Source: a virus
Lineage: Duplodnaviria > Caudoviricetes
Length of the DNA: 64,000 nt
IMG/VR virus record: IMGVR_UViG_3300047160_005525
Span: 1-64,000 of that record
Direction: 5' to 3' (one strand)
In this document: piece after piece, positions 29,901 through 38,516 of the stretch
How positions within the stretch are numbered: the first letter of the stretch is position 1
How the letters are laid out: each line of letters opens with the position of its first letter
Notes under the pieces: model-generated
Told to the model about the DNA's origin: nothing
Seen by the model: only the letters and a program-made list of their open reading frames with translations
Databases searched by the model: none
Position numbers and translations under genes: made by a program

Positions 29901-31041
29901 GCAACCTCCAAGTGCACTGCCGACAGTGGCACCTCCAGGTGCGCCAATGCCAGCGGCTGCGGCACCGCCGACAGGAGTAGCAGCAGCACCGCCGACCGGA
30001 GAGCCACGGCTTCCAGGCGCGGGGGTCGGTGCTGTCGTCATGGCGAAAACTGTGCCAGCAGGAGCGCCGCATGCGGGCGAGCCTGGGCACGGTCAAATGG
30101 TGGGGCCGGGACTGCAGGATGTTCTTTCCTATGCCGGTCAGCAATCTGGCGTGCAGGTAGAAGTCTATGCAGGCCGCGAACGAGGTCATCATAGGCATGA
30201 ACCAGGGACCTATTTGGGTGGCCCGCTCGGGGCGGCCGATGTTGAACTGCGCGATCCGACTGATGGCCATCTCTTGACTGCGACCAATCCGGCCGATCGT
30301 GAAAAGATGGCGACTTTCATTACGGCTAGCAGAGCCGCGGGGGCAACCGGGATTGGTCATGCCGGCCCTAGCGAGAAGGGCGGCAACTACATGGGCAGCA
30401 GCGGCATCCACGTCGGCACGGGGCCTGAAGCTGTCTGGGGCAAAAAGGGAAAGACCAAATACGTTCCAGACTGGGTATCTAAAGCCTACTACCAAGGAGA
30501 AACCCGGCAGGCGCAGGCGCTAGCGCAGCAGGAGCTAGTCAAGATACGTGAGGCGCGCTTGCGACCGCAGCCGATCCCGCAGCAGCCTACTGCTGTTGCT
30601 GCTGTAGCGCCTCAGCCTCCCGCCGCACCGCCGCCTACTGCTGTTGCTGCCGCAGCGCCGCCTCTTGGCGCTGGTACCGCAGCGCCCAGTCTCTTTTCTC
30701 CTGAATCGCTAGCGACGCAACGTCCGTTGGCAGCGCCAGAAGTGACGACACCTCCACCGGGCAAGATCGCTGGCGGCACGCCGCTCATTTCTCCTGATGG
30801 CAAGCCTCCAGCGCCAGCGGCAGCGCAAGTTGCCGCGTTGGACACTGCCAAGATCGATCGCGCTGCAGCACAGCGTGTCGAGGTCAACGGTAGTGGCAAA
30901 CTCTCGGTCGACGTGAAAGCGCCAGCGAAGGAAGTCGCGAAAGAGGACAAAGGGTTATTCAAGAAGACCGAGCTTTCGCCGCAGAAGTCGATGGAAGCGG
31001 CGGCTCCGACGCGTGCAGCGGCGCATGGTGGAGAAGAGTAA
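26995..31041 (+). CDS. tape measure protein 2 (paralog of TMP1) with different hydrolase domains
   Basis: Paralogous N-terminal ~300 aa and C-terminal GKLSVDVKAP; AASESDY..SYGIFQY; HRHEPG..AADVEL..YMGSSGIHVG. Confidence 0.85.
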   Translation: MADQEQELKLKVTLDDQASAQLARLQSSLGNIGGSSGPAASGLRNLGNELKTAGAGAKVFQGSLTEMAATGGFVAGFFGAIGVEVAKLGAQFVSAVTDLEAYSDAMVKLDQHARAAATSMGQFRANVAVFRESGISAQQATSMLEGYSNALADLQRQDSRLRQQLLAGQRGEYRERMQQLLQTIATSDQQTGINAIRQAGRLIREEWERQGQRERGAAAERSFFARLGMQGLENVSGEVRTISAQEQAMYDARRADAQRYQKALADQADAWDRSVKSVQSIAFQILPIATATEKIAGWAKEYADHLERAERANRRQKEAGEAAVKPGMNWLQRQWARSRAIAAEERRQRETGIIDVPLPTPRPGPQTAAQENIGPRVQDMLPRVGGQYTRGGEEAGVRIAAPAAAPAPAAAPAAAPAAAAIAEQAIHPAGATAPTAPAPPTHPSLLGRIRERLHGWFSHTARQSFEEGAGQAVPSGVGAMRAISSEIRVNENWNRMIRDPELIRRGRAHILDLRKPGVTGPPVGGQVGFGGESAQGALAANTAELKRLNDILTGTAGGGAVGFTGMGGGARGAGLWGAGTGGVGAGGGMGGLPGFGGGGGGGGGGGGGGGGGGGGGGGGYPTGPTGAPPTGPGAPPAGPPTAVPPGAPPTGAPPTGPGAPAAPARPGGAAAGVAGLPGGPSGPAVAPPAAAAPSAAGIPGLPGGPSGPAVAPPAAPAALTPWGGAAGIPGLAGGPSGVAVGPPGAAPAVSAAGITGLPGGPSGGPAAARPSAGPVQAGAAGIAGLPGGPSGPAVHRPAAALPGTGPEQRAGGGPLPGGSGSSAIYHKLLAAYQNSSVVGTIPSDGARYGFKTGSAQEWARFGMIIAASESDYDPKSRGPKGEKSYGIFQYDHPQVPGGDATNVDASVKAFVRDSESSMKTHGGFTGSGRGAHASGSILYRRFSTIQSTPPAYRAQQADAAIAAAQRQGAQPPSALPTVAPPGAPMPAAAAPPTGVAAAPPTGEPRLPGAGVGAVVMAKTVPAGAPHAGEPGHGQMVGPGLQDVLSYAGQQSGVQVEVYAGRERGHHRHEPGTYLGGPLGAADVELRDPTDGHLLTATNPADREKMATFITASRAAGATGIGHAGPSEKGGNYMGSSGIHVGTGPEAVWGKKGKTKYVPDWVSKAYYQGETRQAQALAQQELVKIREARLRPQPIPQQPTAVAAVAPQPPAAPPPTAVAAAAPPLGAGTAAPSLFSPESLATQRPLAAPEVTTPPPGKIAGGTPLISPDGKPPAPAAAQVAALDTAKIDRAAAQRVEVNGSGKLSVDVKAPAKEVAKEDKGLFKKTELSPQKSMEAAAPTRAAAHGGEE
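29000..29400 (+). repeat. intragenic imperfect tandem repeat (AAGIxGLPGGPSGPAV) in TMP2
   Basis: About 5 copies of GGATTRCCGGGCGGYCCATC-like units. Confidence 0.7.
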
Positions 31042-31749
31042 TTGGCCCGCGTTACTCAAATAAAGGATGTCAGCTTTACGCCATGGCGTGACGCGCTTTT
31101 GCCCGCGCACTTCGATGGCAATTTGTTTCACGTGGAAAGCGGATCACGACAGTCCGGTCGGCGAATTGTTACCCATGAATTTCCGAAGAAGGACCTGCCG
31201 TACAGCGAAGACATGGGGCGCATAGCAGTCGAGTGGTCGGTGCGCGGCTATACCATCACCTTTCCCGTGAATACGCTTGAGCCGCTTTGGTCGCGGGACT
31301 ATCGCGCCGCGCGCGATCTGCTGCAGCAACGGCTCGACGAAGGTGGACCAGGTACGTTGCAGCTTCCGACCATGTTGCCGATGACGGTCGTTTGCAAAGG
31401 CTATCGGCTGACTGAAGAAGAGCGCTTCGGCGGCTATTGCACCTTCGACATGCAATTCGTCGAGTATGGTGCGCCGCCATTCCGCATGCGGCCGAAGACC
31501 GATGAGCAACTTTACGCGGAAAGTGTGGCGGTGCGTGCGCGCGTGTTGGAGAATCTTGGTAGGTATGGATTATTTCAGAAATTAGCCATTCGACCGCCGA
31601 CGCCAAGGCTTAGGCCGCCGGAAGCCGCTCCGCCGGGAGGAGTTCCGCTACCACCGATCGGTCCAGGTAGACCACCGGGCACTCCGCCGGGAGGAAGCCC
31701 TCCCATACCACCGATTGGTCCGGGCGAGCCGCAGCCGCGTCTAAGGTGA
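31042..31749 (+). CDS. DNA circularisation protein N-terminal domain (Mu gp43-like)
   Basis: WRDALLPAHFDG..F.VES...GRRIVTHEFPKKDLPYSEDMGR; TTG start. Confidence 0.88.
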   Translation: MARVTQIKDVSFTPWRDALLPAHFDGNLFHVESGSRQSGRRIVTHEFPKKDLPYSEDMGRIAVEWSVRGYTITFPVNTLEPLWSRDYRAARDLLQQRLDEGGPGTLQLPTMLPMTVVCKGYRLTEEERFGGYCTFDMQFVEYGAPPFRMRPKTDEQLYAESVAVRARVLENLGRYGLFQKLAIRPPTPRLRPPEAAPPGGVPLPPIGPGRPPGTPPGGSPPIPPIGPGEPQPRLR

Positions 31750-31752
31750 GCG

Positions 31753-32421
31753 ATGGAAAAAGCCGATGCAATCGAGGCCGAACCGATCGTCAATGCGACG
31801 CTCGATGAGTTGCTGTTATTGGTGCCGATGCGCGGGCGCGAAGGCGCTGATTTGCGTAGTGCGGTCGGAGATTTGAAAGTGAACCTCCGGGTTCTCTTGC
31901 GAACTGACACTGTCGGCCCGCCGTTGGTCAACTGTTTTGATCTTGCTATCAGGGCAGGAGTTACCTTGCCGCAGATTTTGCAGGTTCGTGAGGTGGCATG
32001 GGACGCATACCCGCAGACGGTCGGAGCGATCATCATCCAAGATTCGTTGGTCGAGTTGTGTCTCGTCGATGCCGGCAAGATCATTACCAAGACGATCTTC
32101 GAGAGTCGCGAACAGGTCGAAAAGATCAAGGACCGAATGAGCACAGCTTTTTCGGAGATCGAGGAAGAAGTTGCCGATCATATGGATTCGATGACGTACC
32201 AGGACCTTGTCGGATTGCACGCCGCGATGATCGCGCACCTGGTCGAGACGGCGCGGCCATTGCCGCAGATGTTGAATTTTCGGTTTGGCTTTTCGCAGCC
32301 GACACTGGTCATGGCCTACAAGCTCTACAGCGATGCTGGTCGCGCCGACGAGCTAAGACAGGAAAATTCTGTCGTTCATCCAGCCTTCGCAAGACCGTAT
32401 GGAAGAGCGCTGTCGTTATGA
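31753..32421 (+). CDS. Mu gp43 C-terminal-like baseplate protein
   Basis: PTLVMAYKLYSDAGRADELRQENSVVHPAF. Confidence 0.75.
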   Translation: MEKADAIEAEPIVNATLDELLLLVPMRGREGADLRSAVGDLKVNLRVLLRTDTVGPPLVNCFDLAIRAGVTLPQILQVREVAWDAYPQTVGAIIIQDSLVELCLVDAGKIITKTIFESREQVEKIKDRMSTAFSEIEEEVADHMDSMTYQDLVGLHAAMIAHLVETARPLPQMLNFRFGFSQPTLVMAYKLYSDAGRADELRQENSVVHPAFARPYGRALSL

Positions 32422-33770
32422 CCAATGGAGTAACTGCAAATCCTGGCGCTGCTCGTCAGACCGGCACCTCGACCGAGTCTATCTCGGGAGATTATTGGAA
32501 GGTGCAAGCACCGCTGATTGTCCGGCCGCGCACGGTGATGCATCGGCAAGTCTTTCCAGCGGCCCCGACTGAAGAAGTCGCGACGCTCGTTGTCAACGGC
32601 ATGATCTATCAAGACTGGGAGACCGTGTGGGTCCAGTGGGATTTGCAACAGCCATGGGCGCAATTCAAATTCACGGCGACTGAAGATTATCCGCCGACTA
32701 TTCAGTTTGGGCCGGGTGATAAGTGTCAGGTTTATCTCGGCGGATATCCGGTCATCAGCGGGACTGTTCTGATCCGACAAGTTGCCTATGACAAGAATAA
32801 TAAAGGCATCACCATCCAAGGCGTGAGCACGAGTTGGTACACCGCGCGCGCGAGTGTTGTCGATGCGACACAAGAATATAAGGGCGACTTCTTAACCATC
32901 GCGGCAAAGGTTCTGGCACCGACCTGCTCAGGCTGGCATCCGATGGGCAACATCTCGGGATTGCCGTTCCCGACGCCGGTCCAAGCCAATTCAGGCGAGA
33001 CCATCTTTCAATTCTTGGAGACGCTCGGGCGCATGCGCAACGTCTTTGTCGTGAGTGATCCTTACGGCGACTTTGTCTTCATTGGTGACCACGTAGGCCA
33101 GGTGATCGCCAGCCTGACCGAAGGCGAAAACATTCTCAAGATGCAGTGTCTCATTGAAGATTTGCAGCCTTACTCGGAATACATTATTCGCGGTCAGAGC
33201 CCCGCTAATGATGAGCACAACATGGGCGCTGCCGCGCATATGGAAGCATATCGCACAGGCACCGCGAAATGCTATTCGCCAGACTTGGTTGCTGCGGAAT
33301 TTCCGGCGTGGACGGTTCCTGAATTGCAGCTTCGTGCCAATCATGAATATGATTGGAAACAGCGGATAGTCGAAGCGCACATCACGGTGCAGGGTTGGTT
33401 CAACCCGATCACCGGTCAGCGCTGGGACCCTGCTCAAACAGTTTGGGTCTATTCGCCGATGGCCATGTTGAACATGACGATGGTCATCGAAGCAGTGACG
33501 TTTACGCAAGACTCGAGCAGTGGGTCGCTGACCGAGTTGAAGTGCGTCGCGCCATGGAACTGGAACGATAACAACTGGCAGATCGGTCCAGGCAATCATC
33601 CTCTCATCCAGCCTCCACCAACTCAAGGCGCTATCGCGATTCCAGAAGATAAGCCCGCTCAATCGCCGCCGGTTCAATTGCCGGACTCGGTCGAGCCAAA
33701 GCCGTGGCAATCGTCGGCACAGGCGGTGAGCGAGGCGGCGGGCGCAGGCGGCATTAGTTTTCCGGAGTAG
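32418..33770 (+). CDS. baseplate hub (Mu gp44/gpP-like)
   Basis: ATLVVNG..YQDWETVWV, GETIFQFLETL, ITVQGWF; ATG at 32418 overlaps the upstream stop. Confidence 0.85.
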   Translation: MTNGVTANPGAARQTGTSTESISGDYWKVQAPLIVRPRTVMHRQVFPAAPTEEVATLVVNGMIYQDWETVWVQWDLQQPWAQFKFTATEDYPPTIQFGPGDKCQVYLGGYPVISGTVLIRQVAYDKNNKGITIQGVSTSWYTARASVVDATQEYKGDFLTIAAKVLAPTCSGWHPMGNISGLPFPTPVQANSGETIFQFLETLGRMRNVFVVSDPYGDFVFIGDHVGQVIASLTEGENILKMQCLIEDLQPYSEYIIRGQSPANDEHNMGAAAHMEAYRTGTAKCYSPDLVAAEFPAWTVPELQLRANHEYDWKQRIVEAHITVQGWFNPITGQRWDPAQTVWVYSPMAMLNMTMVIEAVTFTQDSSSGSLTELKCVAPWNWNDNNWQIGPGNHPLIQPPPTQGAIAIPEDKPAQSPPVQLPDSVEPKPWQSSAQAVSEAAGAGGISFPE

Positions 33771-33773
33771 AAC

Positions 33774-35225
33774 ATGCACATTTCGAATCCAGCGGCAACG
33801 AACTTCCGCGGCTACGCTGCCGGCGGTTCTCGCTCGATGATCGGCGAAGTCGATGACTCCTCGCTCATGCAAACGCTGGGCAAAGGCGGCGGCATGAAGG
33901 GCGAAAGCTTCTCTCAGGGAGGTGGCGGCGGCGCAGATTGGAAGGGTCCGGAATCGCCGCAGAATTACGGCTTCACCAGCGTGGTCGGCGACGCGATGAA
34001 AGGCGCGATGGGATCGATCAAGCAGGGTGCCGAAGGCTTCATGAGCTACATCGGAGGCAACCGTTCTTTCCCGGTCATGGGCATGATGGACGATCGCCGA
34101 CATCGCCTGAAGAATTTGGCGAAGGACGCAGCCAAGGGCGCGGTCGCTCTATTCGGCCAGAAGGAATGGGGCCAGCAATTTTTGAATACCGAAGACGGGA
34201 TGTTCATGACCGGTAACATGGAGAAGAAAATACGCCACGCATTGACGCAAAATCAAAATGGCCAAAAGCAACAAGCTGGCGGCTCGGCACCACAAGGTGC
34301 AGTGAGAGCAGAAGATGGTCGCTTGGTCATTCGCTCGAAGTCTGGCGTTGAGTTTGAGGTTGAAGAATTCTTTTGGTCAGATGAACAAGGAAGGCGTCTT
34401 GAACCGCAACCGCTGGCTGGCGGCGGCGGAGGTGGTGGAGGTGGCGGTGGCGGAGGTGGCGGCGAATCTAACAGTAAGCCGACAGGACAGAAGACACTGC
34501 ACAAAGAGGACAGCGACACGTTCACCGACATGAGCAAGCAAGAGATTCGCTCACGTCGCGGCAACGGTTACATGAATATCAAGGACGACATCTCGCAAAC
34601 CTATCATAAGGACCCGACGCACGACACGCGCTGCGACGATTCTCACGTCCACATCGGCTGGGGTGGCGGCAAGATATGGGTCGATGGCGGCTGCTGGTCG
34701 ACGGTGCCGATCCGGATCAGGAATTGCAACGACAGGGATCAGAGCCAAAGCAGCAAACCTCCTGCCGGTGGAGGCGGCGGCGGTACGCCAAGAGACGTTC
34801 CAGAAGCTCCGTTGGTACATCCACCACCCACGTCTGGGCCGCCCGCTTACTTCACCGGTTCACCGCTATCGATCGATGACAATGCGACGCTGGCATTGGC
34901 ATTCAGCGATCCGCTCGCGGTCTCTACTGTAGTCGCAGATGTGCGTCGGCTTGAGCCTCCGACTATAACGCAACTGGCCGTCTCTCCTCTGATAATCAAA
35001 TACGTCGATCCGATTTACATCGATACCACTCAAAATAACTCGCTCGCGTTGAAGTTCAAAGACCCGCTCTATCTCGATGTCGATGGCTCTCTGACGTCGA
35101 CCGGCGGCGGCGTGAGCGGCGTTCCCGAGGCACCAAATGATGGGCTCATGTATGGAAGGCAAAGTTTAAACTGGGCGCGCGCGCTGGCGATTACCAATGA
35201 TATTCTAGATGGGGGCAACTTTTAG
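33774..35225 (+). CDS. baseplate spike (Mu gp45-like) with C-terminal extension and foldon-like motif
   Basis: VDDSSLMQT, PQNYGFTSV, DDRRHRLKNL..GAVALF; PEAPNDGLMYGRQSLNW. Confidence 0.8.
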   Translation: MHISNPAATNFRGYAAGGSRSMIGEVDDSSLMQTLGKGGGMKGESFSQGGGGGADWKGPESPQNYGFTSVVGDAMKGAMGSIKQGAEGFMSYIGGNRSFPVMGMMDDRRHRLKNLAKDAAKGAVALFGQKEWGQQFLNTEDGMFMTGNMEKKIRHALTQNQNGQKQQAGGSAPQGAVRAEDGRLVIRSKSGVEFEVEEFFWSDEQGRRLEPQPLAGGGGGGGGGGGGGGGESNSKPTGQKTLHKEDSDTFTDMSKQEIRSRRGNGYMNIKDDISQTYHKDPTHDTRCDDSHVHIGWGGGKIWVDGGCWSTVPIRIRNCNDRDQSQSSKPPAGGGGGGTPRDVPEAPLVHPPPTSGPPAYFTGSPLSIDDNATLALAFSDPLAVSTVVADVRRLEPPTITQLAVSPLIIKYVDPIYIDTTQNNSLALKFKDPLYLDVDGSLTSTGGGVSGVPEAPNDGLMYGRQSLNWARALAITNDILDGGNF

Positions 35226-35227
35226 AA

Positions 35228-36751
35228 ATGGCTGACGTCGTAAGAATCAAGCGCCGCGTATCGCCTGGCGCGGTTGGTGCGCCCTCGACCTTGGCGAATG
35301 CCGAGCTTGCCTACAATGAAAACGACCAGACTCTCTATGTTGGCGAGGGCACGGGTGGTGCGGGCGGCAGCGCTTCGGTGATCCGCGCCATTGGTGGACC
35401 CGGTACATTCGCGCCCTTGAATTCACCTGCGTTTACCGGCACGCCGACAGCGCCGACCGTTACGCCCGGCACGGATAGCACGACGAAGATCGCGACGACG
35501 GCCTTCGTGCAGTCTGCCGTCAGCGCTGTCTCATCCGGCGTCACGAACATCACTGTGCAGGACGGCTTGTCCGGTGGTGGCTCTGGCGCAGTCATGATCG
35601 GAATTACAGACAGCGGCATTGCGAACAGTAAGCTCGCGCAGATGCCGGCGACCACGATGAAGGGTAACAACAGTGGCGTGGCGGCTTCGGTCATTGATCT
35701 TACTGTCTCGCAAATCATGACGATGCTCGCGGCAGCGCCCTTGCTGTCGCCCGCCTTCACTGGAACGCCGACCGCGCCAACTGCCGTGAATGGCGTCAAT
35801 ACGACGCAACTGGCGACGACGCAGTACGTCCTCGCGACGCGTCTCGATCAGTTCCAGCCGCCGAATATCGATGTCGGATGGAACAGTCACCGCATCACCG
35901 GCTTGCTCGACCCCGCGAGTGCGCAAGATGCCGCGACGAAGAACTACGTCGATGCCACGGTGCAAGGGCTCGATGCGAAGGAAACGGCGCGGCTAGCAAC
36001 GGCCACAGCGCTGCCAGCCAATACCTACAATAACGGCGCAGCTGGTGCTGGCGCGACCCTGACAGCAACGGCAAATGGCGCGCTCGTGGTCGACGGCGTT
36101 GGCGTCGCTGCAAACGATGTCATTCTGGTCAAGGACGAGGCTGCGGCGGCAAACAACGGTTTGTACGTCGTAACGACTGCGGGCGATGCGGCTACAGCGT
36201 ATGTCCTTACTCGTCACGTCAACATGGACTTGGCTAATGAATATTCTGGGGCATTCGTTCCGGTCGGTGCAGGCGGCAGTGTCAATGCGAATACGCTGTG
36301 GCTGGCGAATCCGAGCACGCCGGTTACGGTCGGCACGACCGCGATCCCATTCACGCAACTCAACAGCGCGACGAGCTACGTGCCCGGCAACGGCATCGGC
36401 ATTACTGGCAACGTCATCAGCGCGCTTGGCACGCTGGACCGGATCATCGTCGGCACCGGCATTGATATCGATCCAGCCTATGCCGGGCAGGCGTCGATCA
36501 CCACGCTCGGCACGATCGTTACTGGGACATGGAACGGCGCAGCAATCGGTGTCGCCTATGGCGGGACGGGCGCGATCACTTTCCCTGCGGGCTATTTGAA
36601 AGCGAGCGCGGCAACGCCGTTCATGACGGTTGCAACGATCCCCAACACGGACATCACTGGCCTTGGCACGATGGCGACACAGAACGCAGCCGCAGTCGCG
36701 ATTACAGGCGGCACGATCGACAATGTGGTCATCGATGGTGGCGTCTTTTGA
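35228..36751 (+). CDS. tail fibre-like protein
   Basis: RIKRR..GAPSTLANAELAYNE N-terminus; SPAFTGTPTAPT repeats; AATKNYVD. Confidence 0.75.
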   Translation: MADVVRIKRRVSPGAVGAPSTLANAELAYNENDQTLYVGEGTGGAGGSASVIRAIGGPGTFAPLNSPAFTGTPTAPTVTPGTDSTTKIATTAFVQSAVSAVSSGVTNITVQDGLSGGGSGAVMIGITDSGIANSKLAQMPATTMKGNNSGVAASVIDLTVSQIMTMLAAAPLLSPAFTGTPTAPTAVNGVNTTQLATTQYVLATRLDQFQPPNIDVGWNSHRITGLLDPASAQDAATKNYVDATVQGLDAKETARLATATALPANTYNNGAAGAGATLTATANGALVVDGVGVAANDVILVKDEAAAANNGLYVVTTAGDAATAYVLTRHVNMDLANEYSGAFVPVGAGGSVNANTLWLANPSTPVTVGTTAIPFTQLNSATSYVPGNGIGITGNVISALGTLDRIIVGTGIDIDPAYAGQASITTLGTIVTGTWNGAAIGVAYGGTGAITFPAGYLKASAATPFMTVATIPNTDITGLGTMATQNAAAVAITGGTIDNVVIDGGVF

Positions 36752-37939
36752 ATGACTGATATTCTTCGCATCAAGCGGCGCGCATTGGGCGGCTCGGCTG
36801 GCGCTCCTGTCAGCTTGGCGGTTGGCGAACTTGCGTTCAATGAGGTTGATGGTGGACTTTATATTGGCCGCAGTGATGCGAACATTGTTCAGGTGAACGC
36901 CCCAGGTGCAGGCGGTATCCGTTATGACATCAGTCAAAGCCTCACAACTCCACAACAAGCCGTCGCGCTGCAAAATATTGGCGCACCGCAACTCAATCTA
37001 ATCAACGGTAAGCTGGTTGAGAGCAACGCAGCCAATGCCGCCACGTTTGCGATCAAAACGCTCGCCGGGACTGATGCCTCTGCGAGCGATCCGGTTGGAG
37101 TCATATTCTCGGATGCGTCAGTGCTGTGGATCACGGCAGCGCTGTCGCTCACGCTCCCATCGGGCTTCACGATGGGAACGATTGACGCTTGGTCGTTCCG
37201 GCTCTGGTTTGCGGTTGGCAACAATGCTGGCACGCCGCAACTGGTCGTGCGCAATTGTTGCTCATACACTGCCGCGAATCTTCATGCGACGAGTATCAGC
37301 GGCTTTGATCCCAGAGGTTCTGAACTAGCGAATGGCATAGCGGCTCCGGGTGCAGCGCTCACGAGCTATTCAAATATTGCATTTTCAGGCCAGATGCGCG
37401 TGATTGGCTTCGCCGACTATGATGGTGGGCTGGCTACGGCAGGGGCGTGGGCAGCTTCGCCGACGCGTATCGTGCTTTCGTCTCCGAGTTCACCGTTGCC
37501 AGGGTCCATCGTTCAAAATGTTGCGCAAAGTTGGAATATTACAAGCACCGCTAATACTGGAACGGTATTTGCATGGTCAGATATTCAGTTATATTTTACC
37601 CCAATAAGCCCTTGCGACCCGGTTCAACTTACCATTAACACGGATGTGATTAATGCTAATGCGGACGCCGCCGGTTCATATGTGCTGTTGCAGCTAGCGC
37701 GAACTCCATGGGCGGGCACTCCGGTCACAAACCTTGGAGGTGTTACTTATGGTCCTTATGCTGCATCCGGTTATCCAGGAGTTGCATCGTATGTCGGCCA
37801 AGTCACTGACTATCATCACGCAACAACGGATTATCCATTGATCTACGGCGTTCAGTGGGCGAATAGCGCCGCGGTGACAGGCGGTTCGTATTGCCCTTAT
37901 GACTATGCTTACGCACAGGCTGTGGAGTTAATGGGGTAA
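36752..37939 (+). CDS. tail fibre-like protein sharing an N-terminal module with the upstream gene
   Basis: RIKRRALGGSAGAPVSLAVGELAFNE. Confidence 0.7.
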   Translation: MTDILRIKRRALGGSAGAPVSLAVGELAFNEVDGGLYIGRSDANIVQVNAPGAGGIRYDISQSLTTPQQAVALQNIGAPQLNLINGKLVESNAANAATFAIKTLAGTDASASDPVGVIFSDASVLWITAALSLTLPSGFTMGTIDAWSFRLWFAVGNNAGTPQLVVRNCCSYTAANLHATSISGFDPRGSELANGIAAPGAALTSYSNIAFSGQMRVIGFADYDGGLATAGAWAASPTRIVLSSPSSPLPGSIVQNVAQSWNITSTANTGTVFAWSDIQLYFTPISPCDPVQLTINTDVINANADAAGSYVLLQLARTPWAGTPVTNLGGVTYGPYAASGYPGVASYVGQVTDYHHATTDYPLIYGVQWANSAAVTGGSYCPYDYAYAQAVELMG

Positions 37940-37943
37940 TACC

Positions 37944-38486
37944 ATTCCTGATATCCGGCTCGTCCAGAACACACTGTTTCCCCGGACCGGCGTCACGGTC
38001 GATTGGCTGTTGCTTGACGACGGCACGCTCGATGACACGCAGGCATTGGCGACATCTGTCATCGTCGCGCTCGGCACCGATCGATTAGCACAGCCGGATG
38101 ATCTTTTGCCCGATCCCGACTCGACCGATCGCCGCGGCTGGTGGGGCGACCTTGACGCCGAGTTGATCTGGGACGGGTGGCCGATCGGAAGTCGCCTGTG
38201 GCTATTGCAGCGGGATAAGATCGAGGGACCAGGCTCACGGCGCGGCCCGACGACAGTGCGTGTCGAGCATTATATCCGCGAAGCGGTCCAGCCGTTCATC
38301 GATCGCCGCATTGGTTCGCATATGCAGGTCCAGGCGACACGCATTGGTAAGGAACAGATCAATGCATTGGTTCGCATTTTTCGTGGGCCACAGTTGGAAA
38401 TCGAACTTAGGTATCAAGTGATCTGGACTGGCATGGTCGTCGAAGGCGGCGGCTACGACATCGGCAAACTGATCAACCCGCTCTGA
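37944..38486 (+). CDS. baseplate wedge protein (Mu gp46-like), apparent ATT start
   Basis: LATSVIVALGTD, RRGWWGD, GSRLWLLQR; in-frame TAA at 37929; ATT-CCT-GAT-ATC-CGG after GGGG. Confidence 0.85.
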   Translation: MPDIRLVQNTLFPRTGVTVDWLLLDDGTLDDTQALATSVIVALGTDRLAQPDDLLPDPDSTDRRGWWGDLDAELIWDGWPIGSRLWLLQRDKIEGPGSRRGPTTVRVEHYIREAVQPFIDRRIGSHMQVQATRIGKEQINALVRIFRGPQLEIELRYQVIWTGMVVEGGGYDIGKLINPL

Positions 38487-38516
38487 CTTCTTCTCGAAAC
38501 ACAATCGGGTGTAACT

